DNA of 64,000 nt from Chiloscyllium plagiosum. Taxonomy: Eukaryota. Under the pieces are notes generated by a model. It was not told the origin of the DNA, did not search any database, and worked only from the letters and a program-made list of their open reading frames with translations. Where the stretch lies: contig NC_057720.1 of assembly GCF_004010195.1 (NCBI RefSeq), positions 16,787,657 to 16,851,656 of the forward strand, written 5' to 3'. Positions 13,712-23,586 of this stretch are shown here, piece after piece. Position 1 is the first letter of the stretch, and each line of letters starts with the position of its first letter. Both the position numbers and the translations under genes were made by a program.

Positions 13712-13934
13712 GGGGAAAGTGAGGTCTGCAGATGCTGGAGATCAGAGCTGAAAATGTGTTGCTGAAAAAGCGCAGCAGGTCAGGCAGCATCCAGGGAACA
13801 GGAGAATCGACGTTTCGGGCATAAGCCCTTCTTCAGGAATCCTGAAGAAGGGCTTATGCCCGAAACGTCGATTCTCCTGTTCCCTGGATGCTGCCTGACC
13901 TGCTGCGCTTTTCTAGCAACACATTTTCAGCTCT
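13712..13934. mobile_element. Penelope-derived mini-element: near-perfect palindrome with 95-bp arms centred on 13839
   Basis: Arms 13744-13838 and 13840-13934 with 2 mismatches; 17-bp TSD gctctt(a/c)ttttggacca at 13695-13711 and 13930-13946. Confidence 0.92.
13836..13875 (+). ncRNA. Minimal type I hammerhead ribozyme motif (mirror copy on the minus strand at 13803-13842)
   Basis: Stem I GGAAUC/GAUUCU; CUGAAGA; extra A; stem II GGGC-UUAU-GCCC; GAAAC-GUC with predicted cleavage after 13869; helix III is the palindromic ACGU. Confidence 0.75.
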
Positions 13935-14133
13935 TCTTTTGGACCAACCTTCTATGTGGGACCTTGTCAAAGGTATTATAAAGTCCATGTAAACCAGATC
14001 AAATGCATTACCCTCATCAATATATTTAGTCTCCGTTTCAAAAAATACAACTAACTTAGTCAAACAAGATCTCTATCCAGCAAATTCATACTGACTGTCC
14101 CTGATCAATTGTTGTCTTTCCAAGTGTTGATTA

Positions 14134-14362
14134 AGATTAGAGTGGTGCTGGAAGAGCACAGTGCGTCAGGCAGAATCCAAGGAGCAGGAAAATTGATGTT
14201 TCGGGCAGGAACCCTTCATCAGGAATTAGCTCATTCCTGATGAAGGACTCCTGCCTGCAACGTTGATTTTCCTGTTCCTCGGATGCTGCCTGACCTGCTG
14301 TGCTTTTCCCACACCACTCTAATCTTGACTCTGAGCTCCAGCATCTGCAGTCCTCATTTTGG
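14134..14362. mobile_element. Penelope-derived inverted-repeat mini-element, second subfamily, with decayed hammerhead motifs
   Basis: Perfect 15-bp TSD ccaagtgttgattaa at 14120-14134 and 14363-14377; minus-strand CTGATGA-A-GGGT-TCCT-GCCC-GAAAC. Confidence 0.88.
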
Positions 14363-14447
14363 CCAAGTGTTGATTAACCCTCTCCCTCAGAATTGTTTCA
14401 ATAATTTCCCTACCACTAATATCAGACTAATTGATCTGTAGTGACCT

Positions 14448-14770
14448 GGCCTATCGACACGGTGGCTCAGTGGTTAGCACTGCTGCCTCACAGCATCAGG
14501 GTCTCAGGTTCAATTCCAGCCTCAGGTGACTGTCTGTGTGGAGTTTGCACATTCTCCCCGTGTCTGCGTGGGTTTCCTCTGGGTCGTCTGGTTTCCTCCC
14601 ACAGTCCAAAGATGTGCATGTCAAGTGAATTGGCCACGTTAACTTGCTCATAGTGTCAGGTGTATTAGTCAGAGGGAAATGGGTCTGGGTGGATTACTCT
14701 TTGGAGGGTCGGTGTGTTCTGGTTGGGCCGAAGGGCATGTTTCCACACTGTAGGGAATCTAATCTAATCT
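14448..14770 (+). mobile_element. HE1-type SINE (older copy)
   Basis: A box tggctcagtgg, B box ggttcaattcc, body matches 11638-11950, aatctaatctaatct tail. Confidence 0.88.
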
Positions 14771-14882
14771 GAGCTTCCCTTCTTGAACAAAAGAACCATA
14801 TTAGCTATTCTTCAATCATTTGGCACTTCACCTTTGGCCAGCAAAGTATTCAATATCTGTGCCACGGCCCTCACCAATCTCA

Positions 14883-16430
14883 ATGACGAGAGTAAGATTA
14901 GGGCCAATCAAGGATAGCAGTGGGAAGTTGTGTGTGGAGTCAGAGGAAATAGGGGAAGCACTTAATGAATATTTTTTGACAGTATTCACTCTAGAAAACA
15001 ACAATGTTGTCAAGGAGAATACTGAGATACAGGCTACTAGACTAGGTGTGATTGAGGTTCACAAGGAAGAGGTATTAGAAATCCTGCAGAGTGTGAAAAT
15101 AGATAAGTCCCCTGGGCCGGATGGGAATAATCATCTAGAAAATAATAATTTGATTAGGGATAGTCAGCACGGTTTTGTGAAGGGTAGATCGTGCCTCACA
15201 AACCTAATTGAGTTCTTTGAGAAGGTGACCAAACAGGTAGATGAGAGTAAACCGGTTGGTGTGGTGTATATGGATTTCAGCAAGGTGTTCGATAAGGTTC
15301 CCCACAGTAGGCTATTGTCCAAAATGCTGAAGAATGGGATTGTGGGAGATATAGCAGTTTGGATCAGTAATTGGCTTGCTGAAAGAAGACAGAGGGTGGT
15401 AGTTGATGGGAAATGTTCATCCTGGAGTCCAGTTACCAGTGGTGTACCGCAAGGATCGGTGTTAGGTTCACTGCTGTTCATCATTTTTATAAACGACCTG
15501 GATGAGGGCGTAGAAGGGTGGGTTAGTAAATTTCCAGACGACACTAAGGTCAGTGGAGTTGTGGATAGTGACGAAGGATGTTGTAGGTTACAGAGAGACA
15601 TAGATAAGCTGCAGAGCTGGGCTGAGAGGTGGCAAATGGAGTTTAACGCGGACAAGTATGAGGTGATTCGCTTTGGTTGGAGTAACTGGAATGCAAAGTT
15701 CTGGGCTAATGGTAAGATTCTTGGTAGTGTAGATGAGCAGAGAGATATCGGTGTCCAGGTACACAGATCTTTGAAAGTTGCCACCCAGGTTGACAGGGTT
15801 GTTAAGAAGGCATACAGTGTTTTAGCTTTTATTAATAGAGGGATCGAGTTCCGGAACCATGAGGTTATGCTGCAGCTGTACAAAACTCTACTGCGGCCGC
15901 ACTTGGAGTATTGTGTACAGTTCTGGTCACCCCATTATAAGAAGGATGTGGAAGCTTTGGAATGGGTGCAGAGGAGATTTACGAGGATGTTGCCTGGTAT
16001 GGAGGGAAGGTCTTATGAGGAAAGATTGAGGGACTTGAGGCTATTTTCGTTAGAGAGAAGAAGGTTGAGAGGTGACATAATAGAGACATATAAGATAATC
16101 AGAGGGTTAGATAGGGTGGACAGGGAGAGCCTTTTTCCAAATATGGTGACGGTGAGCATGAGAGGGCATAGCTTTAAATTGAGGGGTGATAGATATAGGA
16201 CAAGTGTCAGAGGTAGTTTCTTTACTCAAAGAGTAGTAAGGGTATGGAATGCTTTGCCTGCAATGGTAGTAGATTCGCCAACTTTAAGTACATTTAAGTC
16301 GTCATTGGACAAGCATATGGACATACATGGAATATGTAGGTTAGATGGGCTTCAGATTGGTATGACAGGTCAGCGCAACATCGAGGGCTGAAGGGCCTGT
16401 ACTGCGCTGTAATGTTCTATGTTCTATGTT
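14883..16430 (+). mobile_element. 5'-truncated CR1 with an uninterrupted but internally deleted RT ORF (FPDD in place of FADD)
   Basis: 523-aa ORF 14820-16391; DKSPGPDG joined directly to NHLENNNLIRDSQHGF; tgttctatgttctatgtt tail. Confidence 0.93.
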
Positions 16431-16733
16431 CCTCCCTTGCCTCCCATAGCAGCCTGGGGTACATCTAATCAGGTCCTCGGAATTTATGCATCTTCATACC
16501 TGCTAAAATATCTAATACCTCCTCCTTATTAATCTTAACGTGTTCTCAAATCTCACCAGCCCACCTGAAATCCCTGATTACAATGTATTTCTCCTCTGGG
16601 AATATAGGTGCAATCTATTCATTTAAGATCTCACCCATATCCTCTAGCTTCATGAACATCATCATTTGGCTTGGAAATTTGTTAGAGTTCATTTCTAAAT
16701 ATTTAATATTTCACATTATACTTGATTTGACAG

Positions 16734-16840
16734 GTAAGATTAATCTGCAACTGCAAGGAATTTACTGATGTTCAACTCAGAGTGAACGAAAAGAAGATTC
16801 TGAACACACTGAATAAAGACAAGAATAGAATTACCATCAG
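16734..16840 (+). CDS. HFM1: HFM1/MER3 helicase coding exon (VRLICNCKEFTDVQLRVNEKKILNTLNKDKNRITIR), phase 0 to 2
   Basis: Acceptor ttgatttgacag and donor ATCAG|gtaatg. The peptide matches the vertebrate HFM1 segment CKEF.D.QLR.NEKK.LNTLNKD.NRITIR as I recall it, and it splices in frame to the next exon. Confidence 0.92.
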
Positions 16841-16995
16841 GTAATGCTAACCATGTTACTTGCAAGTACTCCAAGTTTACAAATGTGCAATTTAACAGGA
16901 AATGAGAAAGAAGCTTTTGATCCGTGAATAAGAGAATTACCACCAGATTATGTTGACTATTACTTCTGAAATAGTTGAACAAGCTTTATCATCTC

Positions 16996-17710
16996 TCATA
17001 GAGTCATAGAGATGTACATCATGGAAACAGACCCTTTGGTCCAACCCGTCCATGCCGACCAGATATCCCAACCCAATCTAGTCCCACCTGCCAGCACCTG
17101 GCCCATATCTCTCCAAACCCTTCCTATTCATATACCCATCCAAATGCCTCTTAAATAGAGCAGTAACTGGACAGTAACATTGTGCTGAACATGAGAAATG
17201 AAACTAATCCCTTCTGCCTGCACCTGGTCCATATCCCTCCATTCCTCACATATTCATGTTTATCTGAAAGCCCCTGAAACACCCCCTATCGTATCTGCCT
17301 CCACCAAAACCCCCTGGCAGTGCATTCCAGATTTCTACCGCTCTGTGATGAAAACTTGCCCCTCACATCTAATTTCAACTTTCCCTCCTTCACCACTTGT
17401 TTTTCAAGTCTGAGAGAAATGTTCTGATCATCAACCCTATCTATGCATCTCATAAATTGAGATGCATAAACTTCTATCAACTCGCCCCCCAGCTTCCAGA
17501 GAAAATGATCTGAGTTTTTCCAGCCCCTCCTTCTAGCTCATCCCCTCTCATCCAGGCTGCTTTTCTGGTAAACCTCTTCTGCACCTTCTCCAAAGCCTCA
17601 ACATCCTTCCTGTAATGTGGTGACCGGAAATGAACACAATACTCTAAGTCTTTTAAAGCTGCCACATGACATCCTAACTCTTGTACTCAATTCCCTAACT
17701 AATAAAGGCA
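16996..17710 (-). mobile_element. Two CR1 3'-end fragments
   Basis: tcatagagtcatagag tail (reverse complement); LEYCVHFRSPHYRKDVEALE. Confidence 0.8.
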
Positions 17711-18080
17711 TGGCCCTAATCTCTAACGAATGGATTTGAATTCAATGGTTTGATTGTTTTAAATCCTTTGTTTTACTACAACTGTACGGGACAGTAGTTA
17801 TTTTTCACATTGATAAATTGGAAGATGGTATAACATTCTGAAAGCCACACAGTGATGTACAGTGTACTCAGTGAGAGTACAGTGTTGTGAGAAGTTTTTA
17901 ATCTGCCGCTCTCAAACTATCAGAGTGAGATTTCTCTTCTTTGCTAATGGAGAGGAGGTCACATTGTGAACAGCTCAGATTGATGTTACAATCCTTGCCT
18001 TTGAGAGATTAGCATCATTTTCTGAAGCCTGTGACCACCTTTCACAAAAACACGTGTACAACTTGTCCTGTGAATTATCA

Positions 18081-20213
18081 TATCCCTAATCAGTCCTTGC
18101 CTTTCCAAATACATGTACATCCTGTATCTCAGGATTCCCTCCAACAACTTCCCACCACCGAGGTCAGGCTCACCGGTCTATAGTTCCCTGGATTGACTTT
18201 ACCACCTTTCTTAAACAGTGGCACCACATTTGCCAACCTCCAGTCTTCCAGCACCACACCTGTGACTATCGATGATACAACTATCTCAGCAAGAGGCCCA
18301 GCAATCACATCTCTAGCTTCCCACAGAGGTCTTGGGTACACCTGATCAGGCCCTGGGGATTTATCCACTTTTAACCATTTCAAGACATCCAGCACTTCCT
18401 CCTCTGTAATCTGGACATTTTGCAAGATGTCACCATCTATTTCCCTACAGTCTATATCTTCCATATCCTTTTCCACAGTAAATACTGATGCAAAATATTC
18501 ATTTAGTATCTCCCCCATTTTCTGTGGCTCCACACAAAGGCTGCCTTGCTGATCTTTGAGGGTCTGTATTCTCTCCCTCTTTACCCTTTTGTCCTTAATA
18601 TATTTCTAAAAATCCTTTGGATTCTCCTTAATTCTATTTGCCAAAGCTATCTCATGTCCCCGTTTTGCCCTCCTGATTTTCCTGTTCAGTATACTCCTAC
18701 TTTCTTTGTACTCTTCTGAGGATTCACTCAATCTATCCTGTCTATACCTGACATACGCTTCCTTCTTTTTTTTAACCAAACCCTCAATTTCTTTAGTCAT
18801 CCAGCATTCCCTATACCTACCAGCCTTCCCTTTCACCCTGACAGGAATATACTTTCTCTGGATTCTTCTTATCTCATTTCTGAAGGCTTCCCATTTTCCA
18901 GCTGTCCCTTTACCTGCGAACTGCCTCCAATCAGCTTTCGAAAGTTCTTGCCTATTACCTTCAAAATTGGCCTTTCTCCAATTTAGAACTTCAACTTTTA
19001 GATCTGGTCTGTCCTTTTCCATCACTATTTTAAAATGAATAGAATTATGGTCGCTTGCCCCAAAGTGCTCCCCCACTGACAACTCAGTCACCTGCCCTGC
19101 CTTATTTCCCGAGAGTAGGTCAGGTTTTGCACTTTCTCCAGTCGGTACATCCACATTCTGAATCAGAAAATTGTCTTGTACACACTTAAGAAATTCCTCT
19201 CCATCTTAACCTATGGCAGTTCCAGTCCATGTTTGGAAAGTTAAAATCCCCTACCATAACTATTCTGAGATCTCCTTACAAGTTTGTTTCTCAATTTCCC
19301 TCTGACTATTGGGGGGGGGTCTATAATACATTCCCAATAAGATGATCATCCCGTTCTTATTTCTCAGTTTCACCCAAATAACTTCCCTGGATGTATTTCT
19401 GGGAATAAGCTCCCTCAGCACAGCTGTAATGCTATCCCTTATCAAAACTGCCAGTCCCCCTCCTCTCTTGCCTCCTTTTCTATCCTTCCTGTAGCATTTG
19501 TATCCTGGACCATTAAGCTGCCAGTCCTGCCCATCCCTGAGCCATGTTTCCATAATTGCTATGATATCCCAGTCCCATGTTCCTAACCATGCCCTGAGTT
19601 CATCTGCCTTCCCTGTTAGGCCCCTTGCATTGAAATAAATGCAGTTTAATTTATTAGTCCTACCTTGTCCCTGGCTGCCCTGACTGTTTGACCCACTTCT
19701 GTTCTCAGCTGTACCAGTCTCAGATCAATCTCTTTCCTCACTATCTCCCTGGGTCCCACCACCCACCCCACCTTACTAGTTTAAATCCTCCCAAGCAGCT
19801 CTAGCTAATTTCCCTGCCAGTATATTAGTCCCCTTCCAATTTAGGTGCAATCCGTCCTTCTTGTATAGGTCACTTCTACCCCAAAGAAGATTCCAATGAT
19901 CCAAAAATGTGAATCCTTCTCCCATACACCAGCTCCTCAGCCATGCATTCATCTGCTCTATCCTCCTATTCCTGCCCTCACTAGCTCGTAGCACTGGGAA
20001 TAATCCAGATATTACTACTCTTGAGGACCTCCTTTTTAAATTTCTGCCTAACTCTCTGTAATCTCCCTTCAGAATCTCAATCTTTTCCCTCCAATGTCGT
20101 TGGTTACAATGTGAACAATGACCTCCTGCTGGCTTCTCTCCCCCGTGGAAACATTCTGCACCCTCTCTAAGACATCCTTGATCCTGGCACCAGGGAAACA
20201 ACACACCATTCTG
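18081..20213 (-). mobile_element. CR1 LINE internal fragment (ORF1 SGNH esterase, endonuclease, RT start), same young subfamily as 1-3290
   Basis: [38 protein letters not shown]; near-identical to 380-2200. Confidence 0.93.
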
Positions 20214-20516
20214 CTTTTAGATGGAATTCCATGAACTTTTAACAACTGTTTCATTGTTGCCTTTAACTTTGGCAGTTTTGTAATGTTTTAATTTTGATGC
20301 GTAACAATTTTCCAATGAATCTAAATTTGGAAATACAGTTAATAGTAAGGAGAATTATAACAGACTTCAAGATTAGCATAGAAAAACTGAGGAAATGGGT
20401 GGATGCTGGGCAGAAGAAATTCAACCCAATTCAAGAAATAAACAGGAGATTCAAAATCTCCTCTTTCCAGGGACCAACTCTGAGCTGGCTGCCTACAGCC
20501 AGTGTACTGTGCAAAT

Positions 20517-21952
20517 CGATAACCACAAATGAGGTGCCAGAAGATTGGAAGTTGGCTGATGTGGTGCCACTATTTAAGAAAAGTGATAAGGAAAAGCCAG
20601 GGAACTATGGACCAGTGAGCCTGACATCGGTGGTGGGAACATTGTTGGAGAGAATCCTCAGGAACAGGATTTACATGTATTTGGAAAGGCAAGGACTGAT
20701 TAGGAAGAGTCACCAAGGCTTTGTGCATGGGAAATCATGTCTCACTATTGAGTTTTGATTGAGTTTTTGAAGAAGTGACAAAGAGGATTGATGAGGACAA
20801 AGTGGTGGACGTAATCTATATGGATTTCACCAAGGCGTTCAACAAGCTTCCTCATGGTAGACTGGTTAGCAAGGTTAGATTGCATAGTATACAGGGAGAA
20901 CTAGCCATTGGATACAGAACTGGCTTAAAGGTAAATGACAGATGTCAGGGCTGCTTTTCAGTCTGGACGCCTGTGACCAGTAGTATACCACAAGGTTCAG
21001 TGCTGGGTCCAATGCTTTTTGTCACTTAGATAAATGAGTTATGGTTAGTAAGATGACACCAAAATTGGCAGTGGAGTGGACAGCAAAGAAGATTACCCTA
21101 GAGCGCAACGTGACCTTGATCAGATGGGTCAATAGACTGAGGAGTGGCAGATGGAGTTTAATTTAGATAAATGTGAGGTGCTGCATTTTGGAAAAGCAAA
21201 TAAGGTCAGGACTTATACACTTAATGGTAAGGTACTGGGGAGTGTTGCTGAACAAAAAGACCTTGTAGTGCAGGGTCATAGTTCATTGAAAGTGGAGTCC
21301 CAAGTAGACAGGAACATGAAGAAAGCATTTGGTATGATTGCCTTTATTGATCAGTTCATTGAGTCCAGGAGTTGGGAGGTCATGTTGCAGCTGTACAGGA
21401 CATTGGCTAGGCCACGTTTGGAGTACTGCGTGCAACTCTGATCTCCCTGCTATAAGAAAGATATTGTGAGACTTGAAAGGGGTCAGAAAAGGTTTACGAG
21501 GTTGGAGGTTTGAGCTATAGGGAGAGGCTGAATAGGCTGGAACTATTTTCTCTGGAGTATCAGAGGCTTAGGGGTGACCTTATAGAAGTTTATAAAATCA
21601 TGAGGGGCATGGAAAGGGTAAATAGACAAGGTATTTACCCTGGGATGGGTGAGTCCAAAACCAGAGGGCTTGATTTAAGATGAGAGGGGAAAGGTTTAAA
21701 AGAGACATCAGGGGCAACTTTTATGTGCAAAGGGTGGTGTGTGTGCGGAATGAACTGCCAGACGAAGTAGTGGTGGCTCGTACAATTACAACATTTAAAA
21801 GGCATCTGGATGGGTACACGAATAGGATAGGTTTAGAGGATGTGAGCCAAGTGCTGGCAAATGGGACTAGATTTATTTAATATATCTGATCAGCATGGAC
21901 GAGCTGGACCAAAGAGCCTGTTTCCATACTGTCCAACTCCATGACTCTATGA
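20517..21952 (+). mobile_element. 5'-truncated CR1 inserted into an LTR remnant (about 20440-20516 and 21953-22008)
   Basis: RT motifs and atgactctatga tail; flanks tgtgcaaat/tatgcaaat; right flank agggtgacttggtgatgggat matches the LTR end at 33757-33805. Confidence 0.85.
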
Positions 21953-22009
21953 TATGCAAATAAAGGGTGACTTGGTGATGGGATACTGGCCTCTGTGCAG
22001 TTGTTTCAG

Positions 22010-22160
22010 AAACAGAAATAGTAACATAAATTGCTGGAAAAACTCAGCAAGTCTGGCAGCTTCTGTTCTGTACTGTGTTCTGAAGAAGGGTCACTGGACC
22101 TAAATATGAACTCTTAATTTCTATCCACAGATGCTGCCAGACCTAGCAATTTCTGTTATT
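22010..22160. mobile_element. Decayed Penelope-type mini-element (third subfamily) with a broken hammerhead core
   Basis: gtt-CTGAAGA-A-GGGTC-ACTG-GACCT at 22077-22101; inverted ends tctggcagc/gctgccaga. Confidence 0.6.
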
Positions 22161-22259
22161 GTAGCTTACTGATTGAACTAGTTATAAAATACAGTTTGCT
22201 TTTAATGTATATCATTAAGGTTTTAAACCCGCTATTTTCCAGCATTTTCTGTTTTTATT

Positions 22260-22854
22260 CCTCCTCATCTTTGTCTGAATTGGAACACCCCTTACTCTGA
22301 GATTGTGCAATTTGGGCCTAGGCTCTCCCACAAGGGGAAACAACCTCTCAGCATCTACCCTGCCAAGCTCCAGAAAATCTTTATTATATTTTAATAATTT
22401 AATCTCTCTTTCTTCTATACTCCAGTGAGTACAGACCAAACCTTTGCCTCTTAAGAGAATCTCCTCCACACTCAGGATCTAACTAGTGAACATTCTCTGG
22501 ACCGTTTATTGTGCCAGTATATCTTCCTTTAAATAAGGGGAGCAAAGCTGTTCACAGTATTCTAGATGTGGTCTGACTAGTACCTTGTATAGTTTAGTAC
22601 AATTTCCATTTTTTTTATCTTCCATCTATTTTGAAATAAATGCCAACATACCATTTGCCTTCTTTATTACCCACTGAATTTGTATGCTAGCTTTAAGAGA
22701 TTTATGTACAAGGATCCCCAGATATTCTGCAAACTTTCTGCAGGCTTTCTCCGTTCAACTCCTGTATTCTTCCTGCCAAAATGAATCACCTCACATTTTC
22801 CTATATTCCATCAGCCAAGTTTTTGGCCTCCTTCTTAGCTTGTCCATTTGCCTC
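22260..22854 (-). mobile_element. Old CR1 3' fragment
   Basis: LGRVDAERLFPLVGE on the minus strand. Confidence 0.7.
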
Positions 22855-23586
22855 TGTAATGTCACACTACACTGGGGTCGTGCAGTGGAAATAAAGACCA
22901 GTTATTCCTCGAGTCATCACAAAAGTGAAAAGATTTTACAGAAGTGTGCAAAATTTCCTAGTTCACCCCGTCTTTTAGCTTGATAGGTTCATGTTGACAA
23001 AAAATACAAGTAAGGTTTTTGTACTTATCAAAAATTACTATTTATTACAAATAAATAGACTGTAGCTATAGGTAAACAATTATGATCCGTTTGCATATAA
23101 CTCTGCCAGTTAAAACTCTAAACTGCCTTACAAACTCCACCTTACACATATACGAAGACAGACACAGACAGGAATAAAAAGGGGTGTTACATCCAAAGGA
23201 AAACTGGGAAAGCAGTTCGGTGGTTTTGTTCACAGGATCTGCTGAGATGGTTCTTGTATTGATCAGAATGCTGCTTCACAGTCTACCTTCTCTGGATGTT
23301 TTCACTGGTTTGCAGGAAGCAGAGGGGCTGGTTCACCATTAGAAGTGAACTCTGACTTATTCAGTAAAAGTCACGGCTTACAGTAACTACTGAAGGAAAA
23401 GTAAACTGCTTTCTTCTGGCTTAATGTGGCTTTTACTGCTAATAAGAGAGACAGCGCATGACCTAGTGGAGATCTGAGGCATCTCTGTATCTTGTTCAGA
23501 GCTCCAAACTGTTCAGCTACCTGACAACCAATTAAATAGTTGTCAGCAGGCAAAAGAACTTTGTCACCATTGCAAAGGGTGTTACA
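22855..23586. mobile_element. Possible solo LTR
   Basis: Bounded by TGTAA...TTACA between two LINE pieces; no TSD seen. Confidence 0.35.

Larger units (their letters stand above)
12697..16660 (-). mobile_element. Old CR1 LINE fragment hosting four younger insertions
   Basis: Minus-strand SQGSALGPLLF..SKFADD (13426-13611) and YIDEGNAFDLVYMDF; the host sequence resumes after each insert. Confidence 0.75.

Noticed and set aside
15164..15883. Long antisense ORFs over CR1 RT (also 5376-5891, 1200-1658)
   Set aside because: Shadow frames of the CR1 coding sequence with no independent evidence
1..16733. Expected preceding HFM1 exon (AGRLMAWYY-like)
   Set aside because: Not found by eye; probably upstream of the window, so it is not annotated
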